NCBI GenBank assembly: GCA_965200315.1 | Contig: OZ241362.1 | Location: 1,504,001-1,568,000 of the forward strand | Direction of reading: 5' to 3' | Source: Candidatus Latescibacterota bacterium | GTDB lineage: Bacteria; Latescibacterota; UBA2968; UBA8231 | Length of the DNA stretch: 64,000 nucleotides | Shown: positions 1 to 8,832 of the stretch, piece after piece | Position numbering within the stretch: position 1 is the first letter of the stretch | How the letters are laid out: every line of letters starts with the position of its first letter | Translations under genes and position numbers: made by a program | Notes under the pieces: generated by a model | Database searches by the model: none | What the model was told of the DNA's origin: nothing | What the model saw: only the letters and a program-made list of their open reading frames with translations

Positions 1-247
1 CGTCACCTTCAATGCCAGCATACAAAAGCGACACATTGGTGTAGGCCACCTGACGCTGGGAAACTTGACCCAACCCAGCCGGATTGGCAAACACCGCATC
101 GGCGTTGTCGGCCACCGCCACAAAGCTGTTGCCCAACCCCTGGGCGCGCGCCCCCGAACCCACATTCTGAATGTTGACTACACCCTCGCTGGATTGGGCG
201 ACGAACAGCACACCTACTAAAACACTAAGCATTTTCAGAGATTTCAT
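1..247 (-). CDS. PorV/PorQ/PorP-like (FadL-superfamily) outer-membrane protein, N-terminal part; runs off the window edge
   Basis: Not in the ORF track. Manual translation from ATG at 247 (RBS AGGAG upstream) gives MKSLKMLSVLVGVLFVAQSSEG-VVNIQNVGSGARAQGLGNSFVAVADNADAVFANPAGL, i.e. a signal peptide plus the GARxxGxGxxFVAVADxxxAxxxNPAGL motif typical of this barrel family. Confidence 0.7.
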   Translation of the reverse strand, partial: MKSLKMLSVLVGVLFVAQSSEGVVNIQNVGSGARAQGLGNSFVAVADNADAVFANPAGLGQVSQRQVAYTNVSLLYAGIEGD

Positions 248-281
248 GATGCAACTCCTCCTTGGTGGTCTCGCTTAAAGG

Positions 282-1028
282 CTAGTTTGCCTTAGCGACT
301 TTAGGAACGACCGTGCCGTCCTTGTAGGTCTTGCCGATATCTCGGACGAATTTATAGGAAATATTGGTGGTCTCCACCGGCTCATTGCGAAAGTCAAATC
401 TCAGGACTACATCGAGCACTTGGACTTCGATATCACTCACGTCGGGATGGAGCACGGGAAAAATAACAAAGCCTTCTGACTCTTGGCCGCTGAATATCTC
501 CTCGTCTTTGAGCATCGTCCGCCGCAGCAAGTCGCGGCGCTCTTGATAGCGAGCATATTCGTTGCCTCTATAGCCTATGGCATAGGCGCGATAATACGTG
601 TCGAGCTGCTCAAAGTTGAGGCTCCAATACTCGCGCTTATTGCTTGCTTTGACAACAATTTTGCTCGGATCAATCTTGACTTTAGGGTAGGCGTAATTCT
701 TAACGCCGAGGCGGAAGACAGTGAAACGCTGTTTTTCTTCGTCGGTTCCCCAAAATACCGTATTGCCAAAGGTATAGGGATTTGTGGACTTAGGGCCCGC
801 TTGGGAATTGTTGAAAAACTGGCGGTTCAACTCCTCGTCGGTCATCGGCTTGAGCCGCACTTCAAAGCGATCCTGGGCAAATGTCAGCGTCCCGTCATCT
901 GCCACACTTATAGACGAGGCCTGATCTTGGCCAGGCTGCAATGGCCCCGTGTAATAGCTATACCCACAGCCCAACATACCCGAGCCGATAATCAAAGCCA
1001 AGAATAATACTCGCGTAAACTCCATCAT
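282..1028 (-). CDS. Uncharacterised lipoprotein, paralog of 15802..16560
   Basis: Lipobox-like MLGC after a hydrophobic stretch. Shares VADDGT, ELNRQF, NPYTFGN and QRFTVFRL..NY.YPKV with the paralog. ATGA overlap with the upstream gene. Confidence 0.8.
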   Translation of the reverse strand: MMEFTRVLFLALIIGSGMLGCGYSYYTGPLQPGQDQASSISVADDGTLTFAQDRFEVRLKPMTDEELNRQFFNNSQAGPKSTNPYTFGNTVFWGTDEEKQRFTVFRLGVKNYAYPKVKIDPSKIVVKASNKREYWSLNFEQLDTYYRAYAIGYRGNEYARYQERRDLLRRTMLKDEEIFSGQESEGFVIFPVLHPDVSDIEVQVLDVVLRFDFRNEPVETTNISYKFVRDIGKTYKDGTVVPKVAKAN

Positions 1029-1969
1029 TCAGACACTCCTCGGTGGTATCGCTGTGTGTGCAAAGAGGCTTTTAAGCGCCCCCAAGATATCGACTCCACG
1101 GCCGTAAATATACCCTCTAGCGGCATCAGGATCAAGTCAGCAAAGCGGTCGGAAAAGCGATACGAATTGTGTTGGCCCGAAAGCGACCACTTAGCATCAA
1201 AAAGCTCTGAATGCACGTCAAAATCGTTGAACTCTACGTTAAAACCAAGGATTTCATTTTCCCGCAAGATATGCTCTTCACTCTGAAAGACCGCATTGAC
1301 ATCGACACGATCAAAGGGCACGAGCATGACTTCATAGTTTGTCACTCCCTCTCCTCCCAATCCACTTATAAACTCGACCGCTGCCTCGGTATAAGGACCA
1401 TCGGATAGCGCGTACCAAGCAGCGGCAGAAAAATTGACGAAAAAATCCTCGTCAGGCGGTGGGCCAGCCAAAACAAAGTGATTAGCTTCAGCTCCATTGC
1501 GCCGTATACGCTCTTCGTGGCTCAACTCGGTGAAATTGGCGAATTGTCCACCTGAGTGGTCCGCGTCAATAAATAATTCCATAGCGTCGTCTTGGAAAAG
1601 TGCCGTAGCACTACCGGCAGGACGATCAATCTGGTGTATATCATCGCGAACCTGAGCAGCAATGTAGAGCTTGTTTTCTGCTTTATTCCACCCCACCATG
1701 AGACGAGCAGCAAAATCATCCGAATCGCTCGCCTCAACTTCTGGATTAATCAGGTCGTGGAATTGACCCGTTAATATGGCGTAGGAGTCGCCTACAACTT
1801 CCCAATCTTTCAAATCGCCGTCAATAACGGGAACTAAGTGATCGGGGAATTGAAAGGCTCTATAGGCCACTCCTTCGGGGTAATGACCCAAAACTGGTTT
1901 AACCGAACCGGCTGTGAACTGTAGCACCAGTACTAAAAAAAATAAACGCAACCACAGCACCTCGGCCAC
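1025..1969 (-). CDS. Secreted CBM9/DOMON-like sugar-binding protein with a C-terminal SWGRLKA tail
   Basis: Signal peptide; PVIDGDLKDW, GWN..NKLYIAAQVRDD, DAMELFIDAD, YEV..PF and GFNVEFNDFD resemble the CBM9_1 fold. GTG start. Confidence 0.65.
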   Translation of the reverse strand: MAEVLWLRLFFLVLVLQFTAGSVKPVLGHYPEGVAYRAFQFPDHLVPVIDGDLKDWEVVGDSYAILTGQFHDLINPEVEASDSDDFAARLMVGWNKAENKLYIAAQVRDDIHQIDRPAGSATALFQDDAMELFIDADHSGGQFANFTELSHEERIRRNGAEANHFVLAGPPPDEDFFVNFSAAAWYALSDGPYTEAAVEFISGLGGEGVTNYEVMLVPFDRVDVNAVFQSEEHILRENEILGFNVEFNDFDVHSELFDAKWSLSGQHNSYRFSDRFADLILMPLEGIFTAVESISWGRLKASLHTQRYHRGVSE

Positions 1970-2013
1970 ACCTTCTTATTTGTTTTTTTAATATATCTCA
2001 ATTATGGGGTTGT

Positions 2014-2042
2014 ATGATAATCAATGGCCTAAGACGTGTCAA
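2014..2042 (-). promoter_or_regulatory. Sigma70-type promoter for the leftward operon
   Basis: TTGACA-N17-TATCAT on the minus strand, ~45 bp upstream of the GTG at 1969. Confidence 0.65.
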
Positions 2043-2243
2043 GATATATTAGAGGCAGCCGTAGAAACAATGGACTTAAACGAATAAAACCAATAAATAA
2101 CAGTGAGTTAGGGTTATTTAGCCCCCGTACAAATCGTTGCAAATCACCTCATCTGTGACTCAACTTTATTAATTATCTAAGTGATTGACGGCAAAGGCCC
2201 TTCTTTTTTTCGCTCTTTCGCTCGTTAGTCCGATCAGACTATC

Positions 2244-2272
2244 TTGAGGTGTTTACCAGTATACTATATAAT
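2244..2272 (+). promoter_or_regulatory. Sigma70-type promoter for the rightward operon
   Basis: TTGAGG(2244-2249)-N17-TATAAT(2267-2272). Implies a leader of ~245 nt before ATG 2524. Confidence 0.55.
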
Positions 2273-2298
2273 AGAATAGCGAAACGTTTAAATACGTA

Positions 2299-2403
2299 AC
2301 TGATGTTACGCAGTAGCTCTCTATCCTTTGGTCTAGCAAAGGCTATTGACCCAAGATATGGGGACGAAATCGAGGATTTTCTGGAAAACTGCGTAACGTC
2401 AGT
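2299..2403. repeat. 16-bp inverted repeat pair (15/16 match) in the divergent intergenic region
   Basis: ACTGATGTTACGCAGT (2299-2314) and ACTGCGTAACGTCAGT (2388-2403). The single mismatch is a G-U pair on the + strand. Confidence 0.85.
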
Positions 2404-2523
2404 GCGTAATTAGACCGGCCGATGGGACTGAGTTGGAGTGTGCAACTGCCGTCGGCATACCCTTGTTTTAAGTCCGGCTCATTGAGGTAGTCAAGGGCTT
2501 ATGTTTTTTCGCGGAGGTGTTCG

Positions 2524-5178
2524 ATGGTCAGGTTATTGGTAGCGGTGCTCGGCGTCGCGTTTGTGTTCAGCAACGGCTATGCCGAAATCAAGCGGTGGCG
2601 GATCGGCGACGATGTACATCCCTGGACTCTGCGGCCGGTTACCGGTCGCCTCGACTTGGGGCGCAGTTGGGCGGTCGAGCTGATCGCCGATGACGATGGC
2701 GATGGACTCATCGACGAAGACCCAGTCGAACTAATCGACAACGACGACGACGGCCAGATCAACGAAGACCCCGTTGATCCGCAAGTCGACAATGATGGCG
2801 ACGGCCAGATCAATGAAGACCCAGACAACAACCGCGATGATGATGGCGACGGACTTATCGACGAAGACCCACTTGAACTAATCGACAATGACGGCGACGG
2901 ACTCACTGACGAAGATGGTCCCGACTCACAGATCGACAACGACGGTGATGGTCTGCTCAACGAAGACGGGCTGTACACTCCTTACGATGATGACTGGGAT
3001 GGCTTGCTAAACGAGGACCCGGCTAATGCTCTCGATGATGACGGCGACGGACTCATCGACGAAGACCCACCGCTGCCCGAACACGGCCAAGGCGTCACCA
3101 CCTGGCTGCGGCCGGTGCGTCTAGACAGCCTGCGCAACCTCGCCTATCTGCTCAACCAGCGCTTCAAGGCCGGCGAGTTCGGCGGCGTTATCCCCGGCAA
3201 GGATACCCAGCGCCCCTTTATGGTGGTGCCAAGCGAATATGGCTTCCGACGCGAGGTCTCCGATCCCATATCGGCCGACTACTGGGCAGTTGCGGGGGTA
3301 ATCGACCGCAAAGAGGCCGAAAAGGCCGTCGATGGAAACCTGAAGACAGACTTCACCTCCACTAAGTATGGTCGTGGTGGGATTGCTGTCAACCTGATGG
3401 GTTACTACTATATCAACCGTATCGTCTTCCGCCCGCAGCCAACCTTGCCCGGCGGTACCATTGCCAATTACTTTATCAACTACGGCGATCAGACCTCCAT
3501 CTATAGGCTCTCTGAGGCCATTCGGGCGGACCGGACACTAGTTCAAGCTGTCCGGGGCCAATTCAACCCGGTAATCAAGGACCTCCTATTCGATCCACCT
3601 TTTGTCGCCGGCCGTATTGACATGGTATCGATTGATCTAGAAGGAAAACTTAGCCAGACCGCCGAAATCGGGCACTTCGGCGACGGCTATGCCATCGATG
3701 GGCAGTACATCTCGGCCATCATCGACGTGGGAACACCTACTCCGCGCATCCGTCGCTACGACCGCGAGATCGAGCAGTTCTCCGCCTCGGACCGCGAGGG
3801 TTATGAAAACCAGTTTCCCCTCGATGTTGCTGGCGGCCAAGTCAACTGGGGCAAAGTGCGCTGGCGCGGACACCGCGAAGGCCGCGAAGGCGATATCCGT
3901 ATCCAGTTCCGCGTTGGCAACGCCCTCGACACCCATATATATGCCCGCCGCTTAGGCCCCGGCCTCTCTGACACCCAAGACGAAAATGGCGTTCCCCTAG
4001 ACCTTTTCTCTTGGGCGAAGCTTCCTGAAGGCCGCGTCCCCGAACACGAACTTCCATACAATGAGCTAGGGGTTGATCTGGGCGACGACGGGCTCCTCGG
4101 CTGGAGCTTCTGGTCGGCCCCTTTCAAGCTCGAAGACGCCCTCATCGACGACAGCCTGCCCGAAGCCGAGTGGCAAAACACGGGCGTCCAGCTACCCCTT
4201 CCCGGCGGAACGCGCTACATCCAGTTCCGCATCTTCTTCGACTCCGCCCAGCACAGCGCGGCCCTGTTGGACTTCATCGAGTTCGACTACGACGCACCGC
4301 TGGTGTCGGGGGGCATTGTCGCTGAGATTTTTCCGCCGCACGTCCCGTTGGGCGAGGAGACGGCTTTTCGCTACTTTGTCCGACCATTCTTCAAAACCGA
4401 CGAGACGACCGCCTTCAACCGGATCGAGATCGCCGTGCCCAGCGCGGACACGCGCATCGACACCTTGCGCTTCGACGGCCAAGACTGGACCGAAATCGCC
4501 GCTGGCACGGGGGCCGACCCTTTGAGCGAGATGCATCCCATCCGCCGCGCCCCAGCCGAGGGACGCGCCGACAGCTTGGGGCAATTTGCCCAGCGCGTGG
4601 TCACAGACCCGCGCACGGGCTCGTCCAAACTGCACATCAAGCTGCCTCTGATGGGGGCCGAGCACTTCCAATTCGGCCAGAATATCGAGATCGTGTTCCG
4701 CTCCAAGCTCTTTCGCGGCTCAGAGGAGTTCACCAGTTCGGTGTGGAATGACCAAGGTGATCCCAGTGTCGAATCCATCCCGCAACCGGCCGAGGATGGG
4801 GACGCCACCCCCGACATCGCCACCAATGCCCTTCTCGTGGTCGCCGACGAGATTGACCAAATCGTCAAGGCTCCCCACATCGCTCCCAACCCCTTCACCC
4901 CCAACGGTGATGGCATCAACGACGAGGTCACTTTTTCCTTTGACCTTTTCCTCGTCCTCAATCAGGTCAATGTCCAAGTCGAAATCTACGATCTGTCCGG
5001 CCGCCGCATTGCCCAGATTCAGACCGGCGGCTCGACGGCAGGCAGTCTCCAAGTCGCGTGGGATGGCCGCGACAGCCAAGGTCAAGTCGCCCGGCCGGGC
5101 ATCTATCTCTACCGGCTTGCCATTGACTTAGACAACACCTCCACGGAGCACTCGGGCACCCTATCGCTGGCCTATTGA
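2524..5178 (+). CDS. Giant secreted protein with acidic Ca-binding-like repeats, a discoidin-like region and a C-terminal FlgD-Ig/T9SS type-B-like domain
   Basis: RBS GGAGG and a signal peptide; eight Dx[DN]xDG..[DN]ED repeats; C-terminal PNPFTPNGDGINDE...YDLSGR...WDGRD...PGIY...LSLAY. Confidence 0.8.
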   Translation: MVRLLVAVLGVAFVFSNGYAEIKRWRIGDDVHPWTLRPVTGRLDLGRSWAVELIADDDGDGLIDEDPVELIDNDDDGQINEDPVDPQVDNDGDGQINEDPDNNRDDDGDGLIDEDPLELIDNDGDGLTDEDGPDSQIDNDGDGLLNEDGLYTPYDDDWDGLLNEDPANALDDDGDGLIDEDPPLPEHGQGVTTWLRPVRLDSLRNLAYLLNQRFKAGEFGGVIPGKDTQRPFMVVPSEYGFRREVSDPISADYWAVAGVIDRKEAEKAVDGNLKTDFTSTKYGRGGIAVNLMGYYYINRIVFRPQPTLPGGTIANYFINYGDQTSIYRLSEAIRADRTLVQAVRGQFNPVIKDLLFDPPFVAGRIDMVSIDLEGKLSQTAEIGHFGDGYAIDGQYISAIIDVGTPTPRIRRYDREIEQFSASDREGYENQFPLDVAGGQVNWGKVRWRGHREGREGDIRIQFRVGNALDTHIYARRLGPGLSDTQDENGVPLDLFSWAKLPEGRVPEHELPYNELGVDLGDDGLLGWSFWSAPFKLEDALIDDSLPEAEWQNTGVQLPLPGGTRYIQFRIFFDSAQHSAALLDFIEFDYDAPLVSGGIVAEIFPPHVPLGEETAFRYFVRPFFKTDETTAFNRIEIAVPSADTRIDTLRFDGQDWTEIAAGTGADPLSEMHPIRRAPAEGRADSLGQFAQRVVTDPRTGSSKLHIKLPLMGAEHFQFGQNIEIVFRSKLFRGSEEFTSSVWNDQGDPSVESIPQPAEDGDATPDIATNALLVVADEIDQIVKAPHIAPNPFTPNGDGINDEVTFSFDLFLVLNQVNVQVEIYDLSGRRIAQIQTGGSTAGSLQVAWDGRDSQGQVARPGIYLYRLAIDLDNTSTEHSGTLSLAY
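2689..3069 (+). repeat. Eight intragenic D[DN]D[GDW]DG[LQ][ILT][DN]ED[PG] repeats
   Basis: Counted directly in the translation; units are 16-17 aa apart. Confidence 0.9.
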
Positions 5179-5272
5179 CCAAACATGCACATCTTTGCCC
5201 AAGCCTTCAAATCAGGGCAAAGTCGCACCGTAAAACGCTTGCGTAATTTTCCTTTCTCACCATCCTAACGCC

Positions 5273-7372
5273 ATGGCGCGCAGCACTCGCCTTTTTTTCT
5301 GCGCGCTCCTACTAGTCGCCCTCGCACTGCGGCTGGGCTATCTGTGGGAACATCGCGCCAATCCCTTCTTCGACGCGCCCGTAGTCGACGCCCAGACCTT
5401 TCTCAAACAGGCCCAAGCCCTTCTTGCCAGCGGTCCATTTTGGGAAGGAGACGAACCGTATTGGCAACCCCCCCTCTACGTCTACCTGCTGACACTCGTT
5501 TGCTGGCTCCTTCCAGCCTCGTACTTCGTCGGTATCCGGCTCGTACACGTGGGCCTCGGCGTTGTTTCCTGCCTATTGGTGTACGCATTGGCCCGGTACG
5601 CCTTTGGCGAGCAGGTTGGCCGCATCGCCGGCTTCATGGCGGCTTTATGCGGTTCTTTGCTCTACTTTGAAGGCGAGCTATTGGCCGTGCCAGTGGAAGT
5701 CTTCCTCAATCTCCTGCTCCTATACGGCCTGTTGCTGGCGTGGAGACGCGATCATGGGCACTATTGGGTGCTAACCGGCCTCATCGCGGGCCTTGCGGCT
5801 CTCACTCGTCCCAATATCTTGCTCTTTATCGCGGCCTTTTGCGCCTGGGCACTGTGGCACCGGCGCACATCTGCCTATCGTTCCCTGTTCTTTTTCATCG
5901 TTCCCATAGCCTTGGTTATCCTGCCCGTTACCTATCGCAACTGGACTATTGAGTCGGATCTCGTCTTTATCTCCTCCAATGCCGGCGTCAATTTCTACAT
6001 TGGCAACAACGCCGACTACGAGCACACGGTCTCGCTGCGTCCGGGTATGCAGTGGGAGACCATGATCGCCGAGGCGGAAAACTCTGGGCACAAGACCGCA
6101 GCCGCCCAATCGGCCTTTTTCTTAGGCAAAGCCCTCGATTACATAACCACGCAGCCCCTCGATTATCTCGGTCTGCTCTGCAAAAAGGCATTCCACTTTT
6201 GGAGCGGCCCAGAGATTAAGCGCAATCAAGACATATACTACGCCCGCCAACACTCGCAGATTTTGAGTTTCTTGCTCTGGGATTGGCATGTGTCGATACC
6301 CTTCGGCCTGATCGGCCCGCTGAGCTTACTTGGCTTGGGGCTGAGTATGAGGGGGGAGTGGACGCCGCCGATTGCCTTGCTACGGATCTACGCTCTCGTA
6401 TATACGGCCTCGGTCATACTTTTTTTTCCCGTAGCCCGCTACCGCATGCCAGTCGTGCCGGTGCTGATCGCTTTTGCTGCTTTTGCCGCCTTTCACATCT
6501 ACTTAGGCGTGCGCCGCAGAGCCTATATCCGCACCACAGTGCTCGCCTTGCCTCTAGTAGGTCTATTAGTCCTGTGCAACATAACCGAGGCCGCGCCGAC
6601 TGGAGAAGACGCTCAACTCTACTTCGACCTTGGCGAGGTTCATCTGCGCAAGCAAGACTACGCCCTGTCTGTGCGTTACTCGCGCCGGGCACTGGAATTG
6701 GACCCAGAGTACAATTATGCCCGCCACAATCTAGCCGTGGCGTACTTTCACCAAGAGTGCTATGGGGAAAGCGAACACGAGGCCCTCCAGACCCTAGCGG
6801 AAAATCCCCGGCGCACCGACACTCGCGTCCTCCTAGGCCGGATTTACCTAGCGACCAATAAACCACAGCAAGCCGCAGCACATTTACGTCACGTCCTCAA
6901 ACGAGATCCAGAGTCCGGCATGGCCCACTACTACTATGGTCGCCTGCTCTATCGCCAAGGGCACTATGCCGAGGCCGCAACCCACTTGCAACAGGCACTT
7001 TCTTGGCAGCCACAGGACTTCTGGCTGCACTACGAGCTGGGGAGAGCCTTCCAGCAAGCCGGGCAAGCCAAAGCCGCACTCGACCAGTACCACCAAGCCC
7101 TATCGCTCGCAAGGCGACCCGAAGCCCTAAATGCCATCGGTGCCTTGCACTTACTCGCTGGGCGCACACAGGAGGCGCAAACGCATTTTCTTCAAGCCAT
7201 AGAACTAGCCCCGGATAATCCAGAAGTTCACGTCAACCTCGCGCTCATCGAACTTGAAAATGGGGACCATGCCGCGGCCATTGACCGGCTGCGGCAAGTG
7301 CTGGCGAGCGGTACCTTCCCCCACGCGCAGCGCCTGCTCGACGAAGCCTATCGCCGCCTCGAATCGCCATAG
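5273..7372 (+). CDS. GT-C fold (ArnT/PMT-like) membrane glycosyltransferase with C-terminal TPR repeats
   Basis: Many TM helices; VDAQTF, YWQPPLY, TRPN, NFYIGNN and ARYRMP motifs; TPR consensus over the last ~250 aa. Confidence 0.75.
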   Translation: MARSTRLFFCALLLVALALRLGYLWEHRANPFFDAPVVDAQTFLKQAQALLASGPFWEGDEPYWQPPLYVYLLTLVCWLLPASYFVGIRLVHVGLGVVSCLLVYALARYAFGEQVGRIAGFMAALCGSLLYFEGELLAVPVEVFLNLLLLYGLLLAWRRDHGHYWVLTGLIAGLAALTRPNILLFIAAFCAWALWHRRTSAYRSLFFFIVPIALVILPVTYRNWTIESDLVFISSNAGVNFYIGNNADYEHTVSLRPGMQWETMIAEAENSGHKTAAAQSAFFLGKALDYITTQPLDYLGLLCKKAFHFWSGPEIKRNQDIYYARQHSQILSFLLWDWHVSIPFGLIGPLSLLGLGLSMRGEWTPPIALLRIYALVYTASVILFFPVARYRMPVVPVLIAFAAFAAFHIYLGVRRRAYIRTTVLALPLVGLLVLCNITEAAPTGEDAQLYFDLGEVHLRKQDYALSVRYSRRALELDPEYNYARHNLAVAYFHQECYGESEHEALQTLAENPRRTDTRVLLGRIYLATNKPQQAAAHLRHVLKRDPESGMAHYYYGRLLYRQGHYAEAATHLQQALSWQPQDFWLHYELGRAFQQAGQAKAALDQYHQALSLARRPEALNAIGALHLLAGRTQEAQTHFLQAIELAPDNPEVHVNLALIELENGDHAAAIDRLRQVLASGTFPHAQRLLDEAYRRLESP

Positions 7373-7497
7373 GAGGTTCCTTGTCTAGCTGCCTCCAAGC
7401 TCTTTTACTTCTTTCTTGCACGGCACCCATCTTCAGTGCTGGGCCGCTCTTTACCGACGAAACCCAAGCATCAATCGCTTCATATCGGAGTAAACTT

Positions 7498-8832
7498 ATG
7501 CGTCTTATCCTGCTTTTTTTGGTCTTATGTACCGCCTGTACCCGCGAAACACCCGATCCACCCCAAGCTCCTGCCTCGCCCACCGACTCGGCAGCCCAGA
7601 CCTTTGCCGCTGGTCGCGCACTCCAAGCCCGCGGCCTCTTTACCCCAGCCGAGCAAGCCTATCGCCAAGCACTGCAACAAGCTCCAGACAACCCCCAATA
7701 CCACTACTATCTCGGCGTTGTATTGCATGCCCAGAGTCGTTTTGCCGAGGCGCAGGCCCAGTTTGAGAAGGCGCTTGATCTAGAACCCGACTACGCTGGC
7801 CCCCGCATCGCCTTGGGCAAAATGTTCTATGATGTGCATGGAAAAGTAGAAGAGGCTCGTCAACTCCTCACCGAGGCACTGGAACTAGCCCCCAACGCCG
7901 TCGAAGCGCGGTATATCTTGGGCGTGATCCACCAACGCGAAGGCCAGCTACAAGAGGCCCGCGAAATTTTCGCCGCCATCGCCGCGGCCGACTCTACCCA
8001 CCTTCAAGCTCGGCTACAGCTAGGTCTAGCAGACCTAAAGTTGGGCAACTACCAAGAGGCCGAGCGCCAACTGCGCCAAGTCGCGCACCTGAGTCCCCAC
8101 GAGCCGGCCGCGTTTCTCGGAATCGGGCAAGCTCTGTTGCGCATGGGCCGCGCCGCAGAAGGGCAACGCGCCCTTGAGCGTAGGCACGTCTTGGACGAAC
8201 AAAACGCCCAGCTCAAGCCCCACCAAGACGCGGTGCGCCAGAACCCCGATCAACCCCAAGCCCACTCCAATCTCGCCGCCCTCTACAGCCGCTTTGGGCG
8301 TCTCAAACTGGCCGTCGAGCACTACCGCCAGTCCATCCTCATCGACTCAACCTATGGCCTAGGGTACCAAGGATTGGGCACCCTGCTCCAGCGTCGGGAC
8401 AAGGACGAGTTGGCAGCGCGTTACTACCTCGAAGCCCTGAGCCACGACTCGACCTTGGCCGAAAGCCACAACAATCTGGGCTTGATCTTTCACAAGCGGG
8501 GGGAACTAGAAAAGGCCCTCAAACAATACGAGCGGGCCGTGCGATTTTCCCCATCTACGGGTTTTTACCACTCCAATCTCGGCAATGCGTATCTCGAAAT
8601 GGATCGACTAGACCAAGCGCAGGCAGCCATCGAGCAGGCCATCGAATTAGACGCAAAGCTCTATAGTGCTCACATACTGCTCGGCGATATCCATGCCCGC
8701 CGCGGAGAATTCGCCCGGGCCATTGCGCTCTGGGAGGACATTCCGTCTGGTGGGGCGGGCAGTGAGGCTTTACAAACCAAAATGGCCGAGGCCCGACGAC
8801 AGCTCTCCGCGCAAGGGGACGCGCCGCGATGA
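7498..8832 (+). CDS. TPR-repeat lipoprotein
   Basis: Start moved to ATG 7498 (GGAG upstream; MRLILLFLVLCTAC lipobox). TPR repeats throughout. An alternative TTG start exists at 7381. Confidence 0.8.
   Translation: MRLILLFLVLCTACTRETPDPPQAPASPTDSAAQTFAAGRALQARGLFTPAEQAYRQALQQAPDNPQYHYYLGVVLHAQSRFAEAQAQFEKALDLEPDYAGPRIALGKMFYDVHGKVEEARQLLTEALELAPNAVEARYILGVIHQREGQLQEAREIFAAIAAADSTHLQARLQLGLADLKLGNYQEAERQLRQVAHLSPHEPAAFLGIGQALLRMGRAAEGQRALERRHVLDEQNAQLKPHQDAVRQNPDQPQAHSNLAALYSRFGRLKLAVEHYRQSILIDSTYGLGYQGLGTLLQRRDKDELAARYYLEALSHDSTLAESHNNLGLIFHKRGELEKALKQYERAVRFSPSTGFYHSNLGNAYLEMDRLDQAQAAIEQAIELDAKLYSAHILLGDIHARRGEFARAIALWEDIPSGGAGSEALQTKMAEARRQLSAQGDAPR

Noticed and set aside
2577-2978. Ser/Pro-rich 133-aa minus-strand ORF
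   Set aside because: Reverse-strand image of the Asp/Gly repeats.
2689-3069. Regularly spaced DNA repeats resembling a CRISPR array
   Set aside because: The repeats are in-frame, synonymously diverged coding units with short linkers; no cas genes are present.
5193-5222. Hairpin CTTTGCCC/GGGCAAAG after the first giant gene, as a terminator or c-di-GMP riboswitch
   Set aside because: Large loop, no U-tract, and the remaining riboswitch consensus elements are missing.
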